64,000 nt of DNA from Schmidtea polychroa (Eukaryota). Where the stretch lies: assembly GCA_044892525.1 (NCBI GenBank), contig CM097887.1, forward strand, positions 105,812,397 through 105,876,396. The letters are read 5' to 3'. Both the position numbers and the translations under genes were made by a program. Shown piece after piece: positions 1 through 13,541 of this stretch (its first letter is position 1; every line of letters begins with the position of its first letter). The notes under the pieces were generated by a model. It did no database searches, was not told the origin of the DNA, and saw nothing but the letters and a program-made list of their open reading frames with translations.

Positions 1-2472
1 TATGTAATTTGTAAAACAAATATCTTTTGTAAAGAAATTCACTGAATCCATTATTTTTCGTCTTGTTTTATTTCTAGTTGAATGCTTAAAATTTATATTA
101 TATTTTCTTTTGCTAATAGAAAATTATTAATTATTTTTGGAAAAAATTATCAATAATTTTATTTATTTTCATTTCATCAATGTGTTGTTTAAAAATGGAA
201 TTTTTAAAATTTTCATCTCGGCAAAGTGATTGTTTCTTATTTAATTAAATTAAATTTGAGTTGAAGTCAATTAAAGTTTTAACGAAATCAAAATAAATAG
301 AAAAATGAAAATAAATTATTTCTCCAATAACAACAGATAATTCGTCGTAGCAAATTATAGGAAAATAAAAATAAAAATAATATCCTTTATCCTTTTATAC
401 CATTAATCATTTTGAATTTTCCATATCTTCGTTACAGATTAAATAAAGTAATAAAAACTTTTGATTTAAAATTCGAAAAGATGAAGGAAATTAAAAAAAA
501 AAGATTTATTGGGTTTTTATCGTAGTGGTTAAAACCTTAGAAAAATGAATTAAAAAATCTTTGATTATTTTCAATAACATTTTTTTATAATTTAAATATT
601 TTTCATTAATCAATTTTTCTAGAAAATTGACGAAACTCGACTTTTGTATGTTAGTTGAGAATAAATCAAATTTGCGGTTTTTCATAAAGATTTTATTGAA
701 CTATTATAATTTAATAACAAAGACTTTTATTTTGACCAATGGTGAAAAAGTACACAAAATTAATTTATAACTTCATATATATTTTAATATCTAATAATTA
801 TTTTCGGTTGACTGTGAGTGAAATGACTTCCTATGAATCATCAATGGGTGAAGGAGAATTATTAAACAAAAAAACCACTTCCAAATTCAATCTGATATTT
901 GCAGAAAAGTGTATATACTGTCTGATGCATTCACACACACTTGTTAATGGCAAACAGTCAGATTCACTGGACTAATATATTGAATTTATCCACAACCATC
1001 AAAATTATAAACAAAATTACACAATTTTAAGTTATTTGTGAGTTGGTGAGTATAAAACTACAAAAATGTTACATAAGTTTGACGTACAAATTGTCTGCTT
1101 ATAGAAAATTTGATTTGGAAATGATGTGTTCCAAAGTGCATTTATTTGTTTCAAGTACTATAGTACACCGTATCAAAATAATTAAAAACAGCCTATTAAA
1201 TAGTCACAATTTATAGTTTATATTATAAGAAATAGATTAAGATTTATCATTGAAATAATTGATCTACAAAAAACAATTTGTTGAAAAATTGTTTAAAAAA
1301 CGAATCTTTTTAAACTTAAAATTAAATGGAAATGAATTCGCCATGTTGAAAAATTGGGCATCATGAATAATTTATATTTTCGGTCGTACAAACGTGCTTA
1401 CAAATGCGGTCCACAATTAAATCTATAAGATCATTTGAGCATTTGCAAAATTAAGATTAGTTATTTCGAGCATAAAACCGAACATTTTATTAATTTCTTA
1501 AACAATAAAAACAATAAATAACTAAGAAATGATTACTATTATGACTATATAAACTTTTTCAATTCCTGACGTTTGATATAGAAAATAAAAATATTTTTCC
1601 TATCAATTATTAATTGAAAACTCTACAATAATTTCACGAACAAATTTGATCGGGTTTTCTTCAAAATATCTTGCAGATATTAAATCCAGTGATTTACTCC
1701 AAAAGTACGGTTTTGTCCAGTACCTAAAGCAATTTTTTATTCTCAAATGCCATCAACTGAACCGGAGGTGTTGAGATTAATTTTGCACATAGTTTTTTGT
1801 AAATATTGTAAGTTTTTTCTTTTTATCATTGTTTTTAATTAATTGACTTGACATGTGCTAAAGGTATTTTGTATTTGATCCTTAGGTCTTAAACTATTTT
1901 TATCACTCACAAATTTTAAAGATTCTTTCAAATCCTAATATTTAGTAGTTCATTATTCAATATTTGTCTTCTCTATCATTTTTCTATAAAAACTTTGCTT
2001 TTAGTTTGTCTCGTGAATTTGACATGTATATAAATAAATAATAAAATATCCATTAATTTCCAGTCATTTCTCACGTACTGATTACGGATGAATAATATTA
2101 CTGCAACAATGAAACCATAGATCAATGGTTGGCTTCCTTTGAATTATATTTCATGTTTGCTGTTCATTAAAACAAAAATGGAATCAACGAAATTATTTCT
2201 TATCAAAGCTGAATATGAAAAAAATGAATTATAAATAATTCAAATTATTTCAGTGATTTATCAATATTGTAATTTATTTGACATGGATTTTGATTTCCCG
2301 TCCATTTTTTAATTAATTTTTTCCCATTTTCCGTTGAATTTTACAAAACCTTACGTTGTCGTTTATTTCATAACTTTCAATGACTGTTTTACTATTATAT
2401 ATCTAAAAATTTCTACCTTAAAAATTTATAAAGAATATCCATTATCATAGTTTGATTTTAATATAAATAAAT

Positions 2473-2529
2473 TTAACTGATCTAATTAACTGATCTAATT
2501 AACTGATCTAATTAACTGATCTAATTAAC
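2473..2529. repeat. 13-bp tandem repeat (TTAACTGATCTAA) x4.4
   Basis: Four perfect consecutive units plus a partial unit read directly. Confidence 0.9.
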
Positions 2530-2724
2530 CGACCGATGATGATAACTGAACTGTCTTAATATATTGTAAAAATAAATTTTCAAAAATAGAGTTACTTTAT
2601 TTATACATTTATGTTATTTTATTTCTTATTACAATTCGAAATATATCTGAGGCGGAAGACCGTTTGTTGTCTATCATTCTAATGTTAAATGTTTTTTTCA
2701 TTGAGACATTAATTTATGATGCAG

Positions 2725-5700
2725 GCTAAAGAAGCTGGAATTTCTACATTAGTCATGCTTGATGACCAAGGAGGTATGATAGGATATTTATCTGTTGTCT
2801 CACATTTTGTATCAACTATCGGTATATATGTGTTGAATTAAATTTGTATTGTGTATTTTATATACATTATGTAATTATCATTCATAGATTCTCGATATTT
2901 AACTTACTCCATAATTTCAGAACAATTAGATCGCTTAGAAGAGGGCATGGATAAAATCAATGAAGATCTTAAAGATGCAGAAAAAAATCTGGAAGACTTG
3001 AACAAATGCTGTGGATTATTTACATTACCTTGGAAAAAGTAATTTAAATAATTTATTTTGAAAAGACCTAAAAGATTTTCATTTTTTGCCAATTTTTATA
3101 TTTTAATTATTAATAAATATTTAACATAAATTAAACTAAAGCCTGATTTTATGCCTTAAAAATAAAATTAACGCAACCAAATTTCGAGAAAGCACTATTA
3201 AATCTCAAAATCACGATAACAGGTAACAAAAGGCCTCTGCAATATTTAAAAATTTTAATCTTTATTTATCGTTTTTCTCTGTTTTTTTGTAATTTTCATT
3301 CTTACTGAAGAACGAAAAGAAACCTCGGATCCAAAGATCAAAATGCAGAAATGAATGGTAACGCCGATGGACCGAGAGTAGCAATGGATTGTGGTAATAC
3401 AGGGCCCCAAGGAGGCTACATTACTAAGTATTTGAAATAGATTTAAATTGACCGCCAAATCAACTTGTTCAGGATCACTAATGATGCACGTGAAACGGAA
3501 ATGGATCAAAATCTCGTGGAAGTTAATGGTGTTATTGGTAATTTGCGCAATATGGCTATTGATATGGGTGCAGAAATTTCACAGCAATCTAAGCAAATTG
3601 ATAGAATAAATAAAGAAGTAAATTTTACTGTTTTTTTTGCAATTATTATTATTTACGCTTATTTGCATTAATCCATAGTTTTCTTTGAAAATTCTTATTA
3701 TTCTTAGTATCGAATTTCATTTATTTTTCCATGAGAGAATCTCTTTGATTCGGATTTCATTATGGAAAGTTTAAAGAGATTTTAAATGAGAAAAAAAATT
3801 AAAATTTCAATGAATTAATTTATTGCCTAACATTTTTTTCTATTTTAAATAGTTGGAAATAGATTTATAATTTAACTAAATTGCTCACTATATTGTTTTT
3901 TTATATTTATGCGGTTATAAAATATTTACATTTTTCAATATTTTTTCTCAATAATGGAAATATTTGATAGTAATATTTCCTACTGATGTTTTAGATTATA
4001 TTAAAATGTTTCTACTGATTTGAGGAAATCAAATTTTTGATGTTTTTAATGCATGGATAAATATTGTCGATATGTAAAATTTACTTTATACGATATATCA
4101 GTAATATTATTATAATGTCATCAAAATATAATTGTTGTGTGTTTGCATTCATGCACGGCCTCAATTTAGTAGTATGTAGTGAGGACTCTTTCGAAATCTC
4201 AAGGTAATCACAATGTCATGAAATATGTCAAGATCAAATGTAGGTCAATTGAATCATTTTATTTTCAAAGTTTTATATAATTACTATACATTGCTACTGT
4301 AAAAACTCAAGAAAATTATCTTTACTAGATGAAAAATGCAAAAATTCACAGCAAAAAATTTGTGTAACACACAAATCAATATATAAAATTTATAATCAGG
4401 ACATCTTGTAGAGAATTAAATTTAATCTATACTTTATTACAATGAAAACTCAACAAAAATACTTTTTTTAGATGAATAAATGTAAATTCACAACAAAACC
4501 TCTATAACACAATACAATATTTTACATTTGTGGTGAAGCCATATTATCGAGGATTAAATTTTATCTATACATTGTTACAGTATAAACTCAAGAAAATTCA
4601 CAAGAAGACATGTATGTAGCTCACACTACACGAAATATAAATTTATTATCGAACCATCTTGTAGGGAATTAAATTCTGCCTATATATGGTTTCGCTGAAA
4701 TTGACATAAAACTGGTTTATCGAGCCGGAAAACGTGTTTGCAGAATAGTCAGTAGATAGCAAAAGATCGATAACTTACTGTTGCCATTCTATGCTTCGTT
4801 GTAGCATCAAGATTGCAGATGATCTCATTCAGTTAGGCTTGATAAGGAAATGATGTGTTTGGATAGACATATGTATATAGGACAAACCTTACTTGATTTA
4901 TCCAAACTTCGTATGTTTCAGTTTCAATATTAAGAACTACAGAGAAGAATTCAATTGTCAAATTAATATCGTAGCCCGTGACACAGATTCTTTCTTTCTA
5001 GAGTGTAAAAATATGGACTTACGCTCACAACTATATCCAAAAATGATTTAATTAAATTTCGAAATAAAATGGAAACCTTCGATGGTCCAAGCTCAAACGA
5101 ATCTCAAACGAATAAATCTTAACAGTAAAATTAATTTTATTTTAATGCTCATCACCTGTTGATTCTGTTTCTCTGAAAATGGAATCCGTAAACACTCAAT
5201 AATGTGCACTGCATTTAATAGACGAATTTCAGAGTTTCTAGCGTGACATCATGCATTTAGATTACCTATTTTCATATCACTTTAATTGCTTGCAAAAATG
5301 TAAATATTGCAATATATATGTATCGTTGACAATTATCTTTCTTAATATAGTTTTCACAATTGCCCGAATAGAATAATTATTTATACACTAATTGTCCTTT
5401 AATCATTTTTTCTGTTTATGTTTATTTCATTGTTATGAAGTTTTATATTTTTTTCATTTTTTAGCAATTATTAAATTGTATAATTTTCATAAACGCGTTT
5501 ATTTTAGATTAATAATGATTATAAATTCTGTGAGATTATAAGAACTTTTTTTTCAAATTTCACCACTGATTTCTTTTCCGTATTATTTATTAAAAAGCTT
5601 GAAGACTATGAATCAGTAAATATATCAAAAACATCAATATATTTACTAATCCATAGTTTTCAAGCTTTTTAATACATATTTGTGAGATTAATTTATACTT

Positions 5701-8700
5701 TTGGTTTACTCGGAGATCTTTTATAGAAATGTTTTAAAATGAAGTAATTTACCGCTCTCCATTTCTTCAACAAAAATAAGTAATTTTTTTCAAAACAAAC
5801 TACTTCTTCAAGCTAGCCGTTGGCTTTTTCGGTTGTCCTTTACTTGCAGTTTTAGATTTATAATAGTTCATTTAGTTTCATTGTGGTATCTACCATGAAG
5901 TTGAATTTTTGCAGCATTTGTCTTCTTCCAATTCGGGATGGTCACTGCTTTTTTCATTGAGGAATGTTTTTATTTCACCTAAGCACAAATCAAAACGTTG
6001 CAGTACGTTACCCCTAAAAAGCCATAGCACTTTATTGTGTAGAAGTATGTCAGAAAACTGTTCATCTATTTCTTCAAGGAAATCTTTAAACTAGCGATGG
6101 TAGAGTGCTTTTGCCAAGATGTTGTTAATAATCTTAATTACCAAGTTTCATGACCTCAACTATTTCGGCCGGAAATGTTTGGACACAAAGCGCTTCTTAA
6201 TGAATTATGCCTTGAAACGTTAGAATTTCGTGGTTTATTTTTTTCTGAAGAATCGATGTTACCACTCTATGTATTCCTGTTATATGTCTGGCTCCATCAG
6301 TTGCTATAGAAACTTTTTTAACAATATCGATTCCATTGTCTTCCAGGCTTTCTTGCACAACATTTGCTATCTCTTCTCCACGAGTTTGCCCTGAGAGCGG
6401 TAGCAATCCTAGCAGTTCTTCTTTTAGACTTTGGCCAACATATACCTGACGAAAGGCGTTTTTGTGGCGTGTCTTTTATGTCGCAAGACTCATCAATAGC
6501 AAGTAATAAGGCAGAAGTCAGTTGAATGTCTTCTACTTACATGTGTTACATTTAAAGACATTTTTGTAGTTCTATCTTGTACTATTTTTGCAGATAATGT
6601 CAAATCTTTGATTTTTTTTCATGATTTCTCCTTTGTTTTTAGAATCACGAAACAGTTCTTTAGATGCACGTATAAAACAATCTTTAACGTACTCACCATC
6701 TGTGAATGGTTTTTCTATTTTTGTAATTTCTAATGATACTGCAAAGCTTGTCAGATTCACATTATTGGAAGATTGCGCTCAGTTACTTAGCATGGGTTTG
6801 GATCCATAATAGAAAAAATATTTAAAAATAAAAATCCATAAAAAAATTATAAAACACCGACAGTACTTGCCAACGATATCTGTACTTTTATTATATTAAG
6901 ATCGCTGACATCTAATATTTGAAAAATAAAGGGGGGTATATAATGTGAAAACACAAAATAAAATTATCAACATCAAGAATATTTAAAAATTGATTCCTTG
7001 GTAGCCAATTATTTTACATTAAATGTTAGACAAGTAAATGATAAGATAAGCCCTTTCTGCAAAATATGTATTAAAAGAGAAATTTCAGATTATATGATAA
7101 TCCATTTTCACATTTTGCTGCAAGGCTTGTTTAATATCATGAATATCTATTACTGACAAAATTAAAATGATTATTTCATTATTTTAAATTATTGTTTAAT
7201 TTCGAAAATAATGCTCCCTAAAATCACATTACAAACAAATCTTCGGACAGCCCTGAAAATAAAGAGTGATAAAGAAAATAGATGTAATTAGTTTATTTTC
7301 ATCTGTATATTTTATATACTTTGACCGACTCATTCTTTTTAGCTTAATGTCGATATGCATTTTACCTTAGGAGCATAATTTTTCTTTTCTGCATGCCATT
7401 GATAAAAATATACACTTTTTAAGTTGTAATTAGAAATTTTTTTAAGAAAAAATGAATGCTAAAATCTCTAGTCTGTGTTTTAATTTATGTAAAGGAAATG
7501 AAAAATAATCAATGATTTTAATAAAGAAATAAAGAAATATTCAATTTATTTGTCAAATTCAATTAAATGGAGACATTCTCGATGGATGCCGGAATTAAAT
7601 TCCAAATCTCTAATTGATTTCGGGTAGAAACATTGCTGTTGCTCCTCAGAAAAACTCGACACTCATCGATTAAAGCTTAATAAAAAAAATAATATATTTT
7701 TGCTTTTAAAATTTCTGCTTGAATGTCTTACACGAGAATAAACTCCTCCATGTCTTCAATTATTAATTCTACTATCAATAAAATCGTGAATCGTATACCG
7801 AACCAAAATTTCAATATCGGCATCACTAGAGAGGAATTTTTTCACTAGATTTTAATTAAAATATATTACAAGTTACGGGTAAACAAAAAGTCTAAATTTT
7901 TTAAAGTTATTAAATCTACAATTAAAAATTTCTTTTTTTATTCTCTCTATATTAACTTTGCTGATGTTTGTATGTTTGTATGTGCCAGGCAAATTTTGTG
8001 AGGCCAAATTAACCTACTTTCCGTGATCGGATTGAGCTGAAATTTGACAAGTAGATTTGTTGTCGAGAGCACTGCTTGTTATCAAAATTTCAGATCAATC
8101 TGATTACGGAAAGTGGGTTAATTTTAAAAATATTGATATGTCAAATCTAGTGTTATTTCCTTATTTCAATATAAATTCTAATGTATTCATTAACTTTAGA
8201 TTAAAGAGATAACGTAATTATATCTAAAATATGTTATATAAGTTTGAACCTTATGGCTATATAGGTACTTAAAGGAAATATAATATAAATTAAGAGAGTG
8301 AAATATAGAGAGTTTCAAAAATCAGGTTTTTTATGATTGATTTTATTATATTTTAAAAACAGAAAAAAACTTAAAAAATTATTTATAATAATAATTTTAA
8401 ATGTTGATCATTATATTATTAAATTTATTCATTCGATCATCAGGTATGCACTTACAATACATAAACTACGCCTGGTTTTGAGGAATAGTGTCATCTATAA
8501 TATAAAAAACCAATAAACTTATATTATAGAAATCAAGGAAGCCGGCAGTAACGAGCAAGGAAGGTCATTTGACAAACCTTGAAAATTCGGACATTCTTAG
8601 TTTTCTGTTCTTTAATTTATCATTAATTTATTAATTCTTAGATTATAACGTAAAGACAACATTATTGTTTGCATTTTTCCAACGCTACTATTTTGTACAA

Positions 8701-10643
8701 TGTTTTAAAATTGAGTAGTGCAGCGTTAGTCTCCAGTGGCATAAATGTCGTTTACGGTCGTTCGTTTAGTCTTCGACTTGTTTGTTTGTGGTGGTTCGAC
8801 GATTGACGTGTACAAAGGTTAGGAGTATATTTTAAAAATTCCAAACCGTGAACAACGAGTGTAGCTTATGCAGTTGTCCAGTACTATTCCATTAATGATT
8901 GTACTCTTTTCACTACTTTTTCAACAACACAAAGTAAATTTATATGCGTGGTGCTTAGGAGTCAATCTGTACTGTTTCCTGGGTTATTTTACACTCTGTA
9001 CTACTTTTTCAATAGCACTTCGTAAATTTGTTGATTGTTTGAATTTTTCTTTTATAATAGATATTTTTTTGTTTCATAAGGAAACTTTTATTATCTAAAG
9101 CTGATCTAACTAAAACTTGGTCCAGCAAGAAGAGGAAATTAGAGGAAAGTAATGACAGCTTCTTTATCCGAATCTAATGTCAACAATGATATTAAGAAAC
9201 TTTCGTCCAACTATTTTGTATTTATTGTATTTCGTTTCCGCAAAACGTACATCATGATTTTTTCAAGGTGCCTTTATGATGTCAGATTTTCCAAAGTATA
9301 CAAATTCCACGAATACACTAAAAATTATATTAAATCTTGGTGGCACAAATGATCTCAACAAGACGTTCAAACTTTTCTGGCTGTAAAAATTGTAATAAGG
9401 ATATTGTATGTCAACTTGATAATTCTGCACAGGCAACGGTGATGAAGAATAGAAAGAAATTAAACCCTATTTTATCTTTAATGATATTTTGTGGTACGAA
9501 TGACTTAGCTGTGATAATACAGAAAAGCAATATCTGAAATGTACAAGAATTTTCTTCTTGTCATATAGAAACCGATGATAGCGTATTAAAAACTCATTTA
9601 GAAATACCTCCTTGTGACACAAGTTATACGTCGCACATGACGTAAAATGAACTGATTAGTATATTCGAAATATCCTTTGTAAAGATATTGTCTAGGTTGC
9701 CAATGATTCTATAAGTTTTTCAATTTTGGTAGATAAAATTGTAAATATATTTGGAAAAAAACAATTTTCATTAGGTGTGCGATTTGTTGGTACAATTAAA
9801 GGAAAACATGTAATAAGAGAACAATTTATCTAATTAATTTTTCTAAAAAATATGAGTGCTTCTACAATTGCCGATTCGATTATTAGTCAAAATCAAAAAA
9901 TTTGGTCTCAACCTTGACAAATGATTAGGACAAGGTTAAGATGGATGTTCTGTCATAATTGGCAAAGACAATGACGTTTATGCAATTATTATTAGGAATA
10001 AACTAAAGAATATAAAAAGAAATACTATAACTGTCAACTATGTCGGATGACCGTTTATTTGGCCTTTGCATGTTACATGTAAGGGGTAAAATAATAACAA
10101 AAAAGTTAAATTTATGGACAATGTAATTAACGAGTTTGCTACTGACCAAATAGGGACTTCAATTTTTTTTCAAGTAATGTTCAATGATATGATATATATT
10201 TTAAGAACTTTTTTCAATTTTCACCATTGATTTCTTTTCGATCGACATTGTATTTATAAAAGGTTTGACTATGAATCAGTAAATATATCGATGTAAATAT
10301 GCCTTTGAAATAAGCAGTGCCGAAAATTCGTGAATATCAAAAAAACATCGATATATATATAAAAATATATATATAAAAATATTTTTTATTAAATAAAATG
10401 CTAAACTGGAAAATTAGGCACCCAGCAAATGCACCTTTATGTGAGACTCATCCAAATGGGGTTTACTTTTTTTATATTACTTCTATCATTTTTGTCTCTC
10501 ATGCGCTGGCTAACGTAAATGAAACGGAATGGATGCTAAAATCTAATTATGGAATTTTACTCAATTTTAATTTTCAGGCCTCAGAAAACAGATATCGAAT
10601 TATTACAGCTAGTGAAAAAACGACCAAGTTGTTAAAAAATTAA
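2725..10643 (+). CDS. SNAP25: SNAP-25 t-SNARE, partial (5' exons not found). Exons 2725-2773, 2921-3038, 3311-3427, 3473-3617, 10578-10643
   Basis: Spliced translation [16 protein letters not shown]|[39 protein letters not shown]|[11 protein letters not shown]...GPQGGYIT|[49 protein letters not shown]|[21 protein letters not shown]. Both SNARE motifs and the Cys linker are present; all introns are GT-AG and in phase. Confidence 0.95.
4290..4690. repeat. Degenerate ~125-bp tandem repeat (~3 copies) in the last SNAP-25 intron
   Basis: Recurrent blocks AAAACTCAAGAAAATT...CATCTTGTAG(A/G)GAATTAAATT...ATCTATA; boundaries approximate. Confidence 0.6.
5810..6830 (-). mobile_element. Decayed hAT transposase (GTF2IRD2/SPIN/Charlie-like)
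   Basis: Minus-strand pieces [40 protein letters not shown]...VSIATDGA...GIIH and [18 protein letters not shown] match this hAT family; stops and frameshifts are present. A possible terminus CAGGGCTGTCCGAAG (minus strand) lies near 7255. Confidence 0.85.
9150..10130 (+). mobile_element. Decayed hAT transposase (ZMYM1/THAP12-like type)
   Basis: Fragments [57 protein letters not shown] and [17 protein letters not shown] resemble the conserved blocks of these transposases; multiple frameshifts. Confidence 0.75.
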
Positions 10644-11699
10644 TTTTTTTTATTTGAACTATTTCATTATTGACATTGGATTTGAACCAGTATTTATGGG
10701 ATCATTTTATAGTAATAATTTCTTTTGTAATTGATGTTTTCTCAGTTTATAACAAATATACAAAAATATTTATATTATCATTATTATTATTGGAATTATA
10801 TTTGTTATAATTGTCCATTTATGTGATGTTTTATACCATTAGAGTAATTTTATATTGACTTGGGATAATTATTTTATAAACGTTATAATTTTTAGTTTTC
10901 AGTATTTATTGTTTGTTAAATTTTGTAGGATTTCGATGTTTTACACCGATTTTTGTGTTATTTTCGGTTTATTGCACTTGATTTTCAACATTTAACCATA
11001 TACATGTGATATATTATTATTATTATTATAATAATTATTATTATTATTATTATTTTTAAATGTTAATATGTAGTTTTATTTTTGCAACAAACTTAGAGAA
11101 AAAATGATAAATGTTAAAAATAAATTATTAAAATTTGCTTTATTTTTTAATTATAAATAATTTTATACTGAAAAATTTAAACAATTTATAGTTATAATTT
11201 AGCTTTAATTAAAAAGGGCTAATTGATGAAACAAGATTTCACGAAAAAAGGGTTCATTGATGAAATAGTTGGTCTATTTAAGGTTGTAATGGGGTCTTAA
11301 AAGGACAGTGCCGATAATTCGTGATTATCAAAAATATCGATATATTGCTGATTTATATTCCTCAAGCTCTTTAATTAATAAATAAACTGGAAAAAAATAA
11401 GTGGTGTATAAGATCCAGTACTTTTTGGAAATAAATATACAAACAGTGTTGTTGAAGCATAGTATTCAAGATTCCGGACTTCAAATACAATAATATGGAA
11501 GCTTCTATAATTTATTAAGAAAACTATAAAGTATAATGAAATATTAATTTATCAGTTCCAATTTGACTGTATTAGGATAACATGACATATCAATAAGAAT
11601 TATAGTTAATAATGAACTGATTGATGACCTTGTCATATTAAGAGGGTACCTAAAGTTAATTAAGCCTGGATTATTAGTTTCATTATTTAAACCCATTTT

Positions 11700-12500
11700 A
11701 TTTTGTCGCTTTTTCTTTTGATCCTTTTAGTGGGTTACAGGAAAGCATACATTTTACCCTTTCGTGCTGTTTCCAGCGTAACCCAGAATACAAACGATTC
11801 CTTTCTCCACTTGATACCCGTTGAGCGATCAACATTGGTACTCCATCAAGAGAGTGAGTGCTCGCAAAAAGTGAGCGCACTATTTGCACTATAATTGTCG
11901 GCCACTCCTTCACGGACTATCGATAGAAGATATACGTCCGATTTGCTCTGGTCCCGTGACTCGATTGTTTTCCTAAACACTCTTTTGTCATCCCATCAAT
12001 CCGACATCAAACATACCAGAAATTTACACAATTTCATCAAATGTTTTATTTTCGTACATATATTTACAGGTTGTTTTGCATGTGGAACGATTCTTGGTCT
12101 GCCAGCCGTTTCTGCTCGGCAAGTCTGAGTCTATTTAGCTTTTCTCGGGTATCACGTCCCATCCGTTTGCGCTTGGGTTTACTCGTCCGTGCCGGTGGAT
12201 AGATTTCGACCAGCTCAGTTGACAGCGGTCAGATTTGTCCTGTCAACGCCGTGTCGATGACCCGCTGGTTGAGTTGGGTCTCACTTGGATCTTCAGGGCG
12301 CGGATTTCTGTTTAATCCTGGACTGCTTGAGATTGGAGTTGTTGAATATGTGCCATTCGTTTCTTCATCTTAGCAGGGCTGAACCAGGTACTTTTGAGCT
12401 CCCGGCATCGCCCTTTAAATTTCAAGATCCTGGCCTAGAGTCCTTCCACCTGCTGTTGGGCTTGCTCCCCGTCCTTCCGCAAATTTTCTAGGAGTCGAAA
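11700..12500 (-). mobile_element. GC-richer probable LTR-retrotransposon remnant
   Basis: Locally elevated GC; weak integrase-like words (RANRT...KEWPTII) on the minus strand; no intact ORF. Confidence 0.3.
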
Positions 12501-13081
12501 CACTAAAATTTAAAGGAATATATGGTTAGATGGATCTGAATAAACACATTTTCGATAGCAAACATTCAGGCTTATTCTGTGCAGCTGTACTACTACTTAA
12601 AACAAGACCACAAAAAAGTAGTTTTAGAATAAATATACTGAACGAGCTTTTTTCATTTATGATAGACAATCAATACTTACTCAGCGTATAATAAGGTAAA
12701 ATCAAAGTATGAGTATAAGTAAAGAAATCACATTACGGTCACTAAATAGGTAAAAAGTCACATTCATTAGGCAATAGTCATGAGGTCCTTGTTGGGCTTA
12801 TGGATCGGTCTTCCTAGGCCTTCCCCATTTCCTAGGAGAGGTTGGTTCGACCTCGACCTCTTCGATGGGTGTTCCGGCTGTGTCCGCGCCTCAATCGAAT
12901 GGAGTTTGTTTTGATCAATTTCAAAAACATTTGATTTGGTTTTCTTATTAGCAAGATAGTGATGAAAGAGAGAACAAAAAGGGGTGGTCCATTACTAAAA
13001 ATAGAATTCATGAATTTCTAGCACTGCCCTTGGAGGAAAGGGTCTTATAACTAAATTTATCATTAGGGAGAATCCCAAATC

Positions 13082-13327
13082 CCGTGGTTCTTAACCTGGG
13101 GTCCATGGAACCCCAGGGGGTCCGCGAACGGGTTCCAAGTGGTCCGCGACATTATTTACAAAAAACTATTATTTTTGTTTGAAGCTGAATAAACAGATTT
13201 ATAAATAATTATTAAAAAATGTATGTGTTTTACTATCAATTTATTAATTTTTTAACATTTCAGGGGTCCGTCGGTACCAATTATATATTTATGGGGTCCA
13301 TAAGTTTGAAAAGGTTAAGAACCCCTG
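13082..13327. mobile_element. hAT-type MITE (246 bp)
   Basis: TIRs CCGTGGTTCTTAACCT / AGGTTAAGAACCCCTG; 8-bp flanks CCCAAATC / CCCTAATC (7/8 TSD match). Confidence 0.85.
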
Positions 13328-13491
13328 CCCTAATCGATAATATTAAAGTTAATTTAGGTATTTTCTAATTAAATCAATAATATATCTGATAATAGTGAAT
13401 AGTAACCATAATAAGATAAAAGCACTGATCATAATATTCTTGATGATGGTTCTAGAAAGCATAATAGTAAATTGAAGTTTGGTAAGATCAA

Positions 13492-13495
<4 letters not shown>

Positions 13496-13538
<43 letters not shown>
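13496..13538. repeat. (TA)n microsatellite
   Basis: Direct read. Confidence 0.95.

Positions 13539-13541
<3 letters not shown>

Noticed and set aside
739-975. 78-aa ORF as the missing first SNAP-25 exon
   Set aside because: No similarity to the expected N-terminus (ELEEMQ...ESLESTRRM) and no convincing splice sites; the 5' exons remain unlocated.
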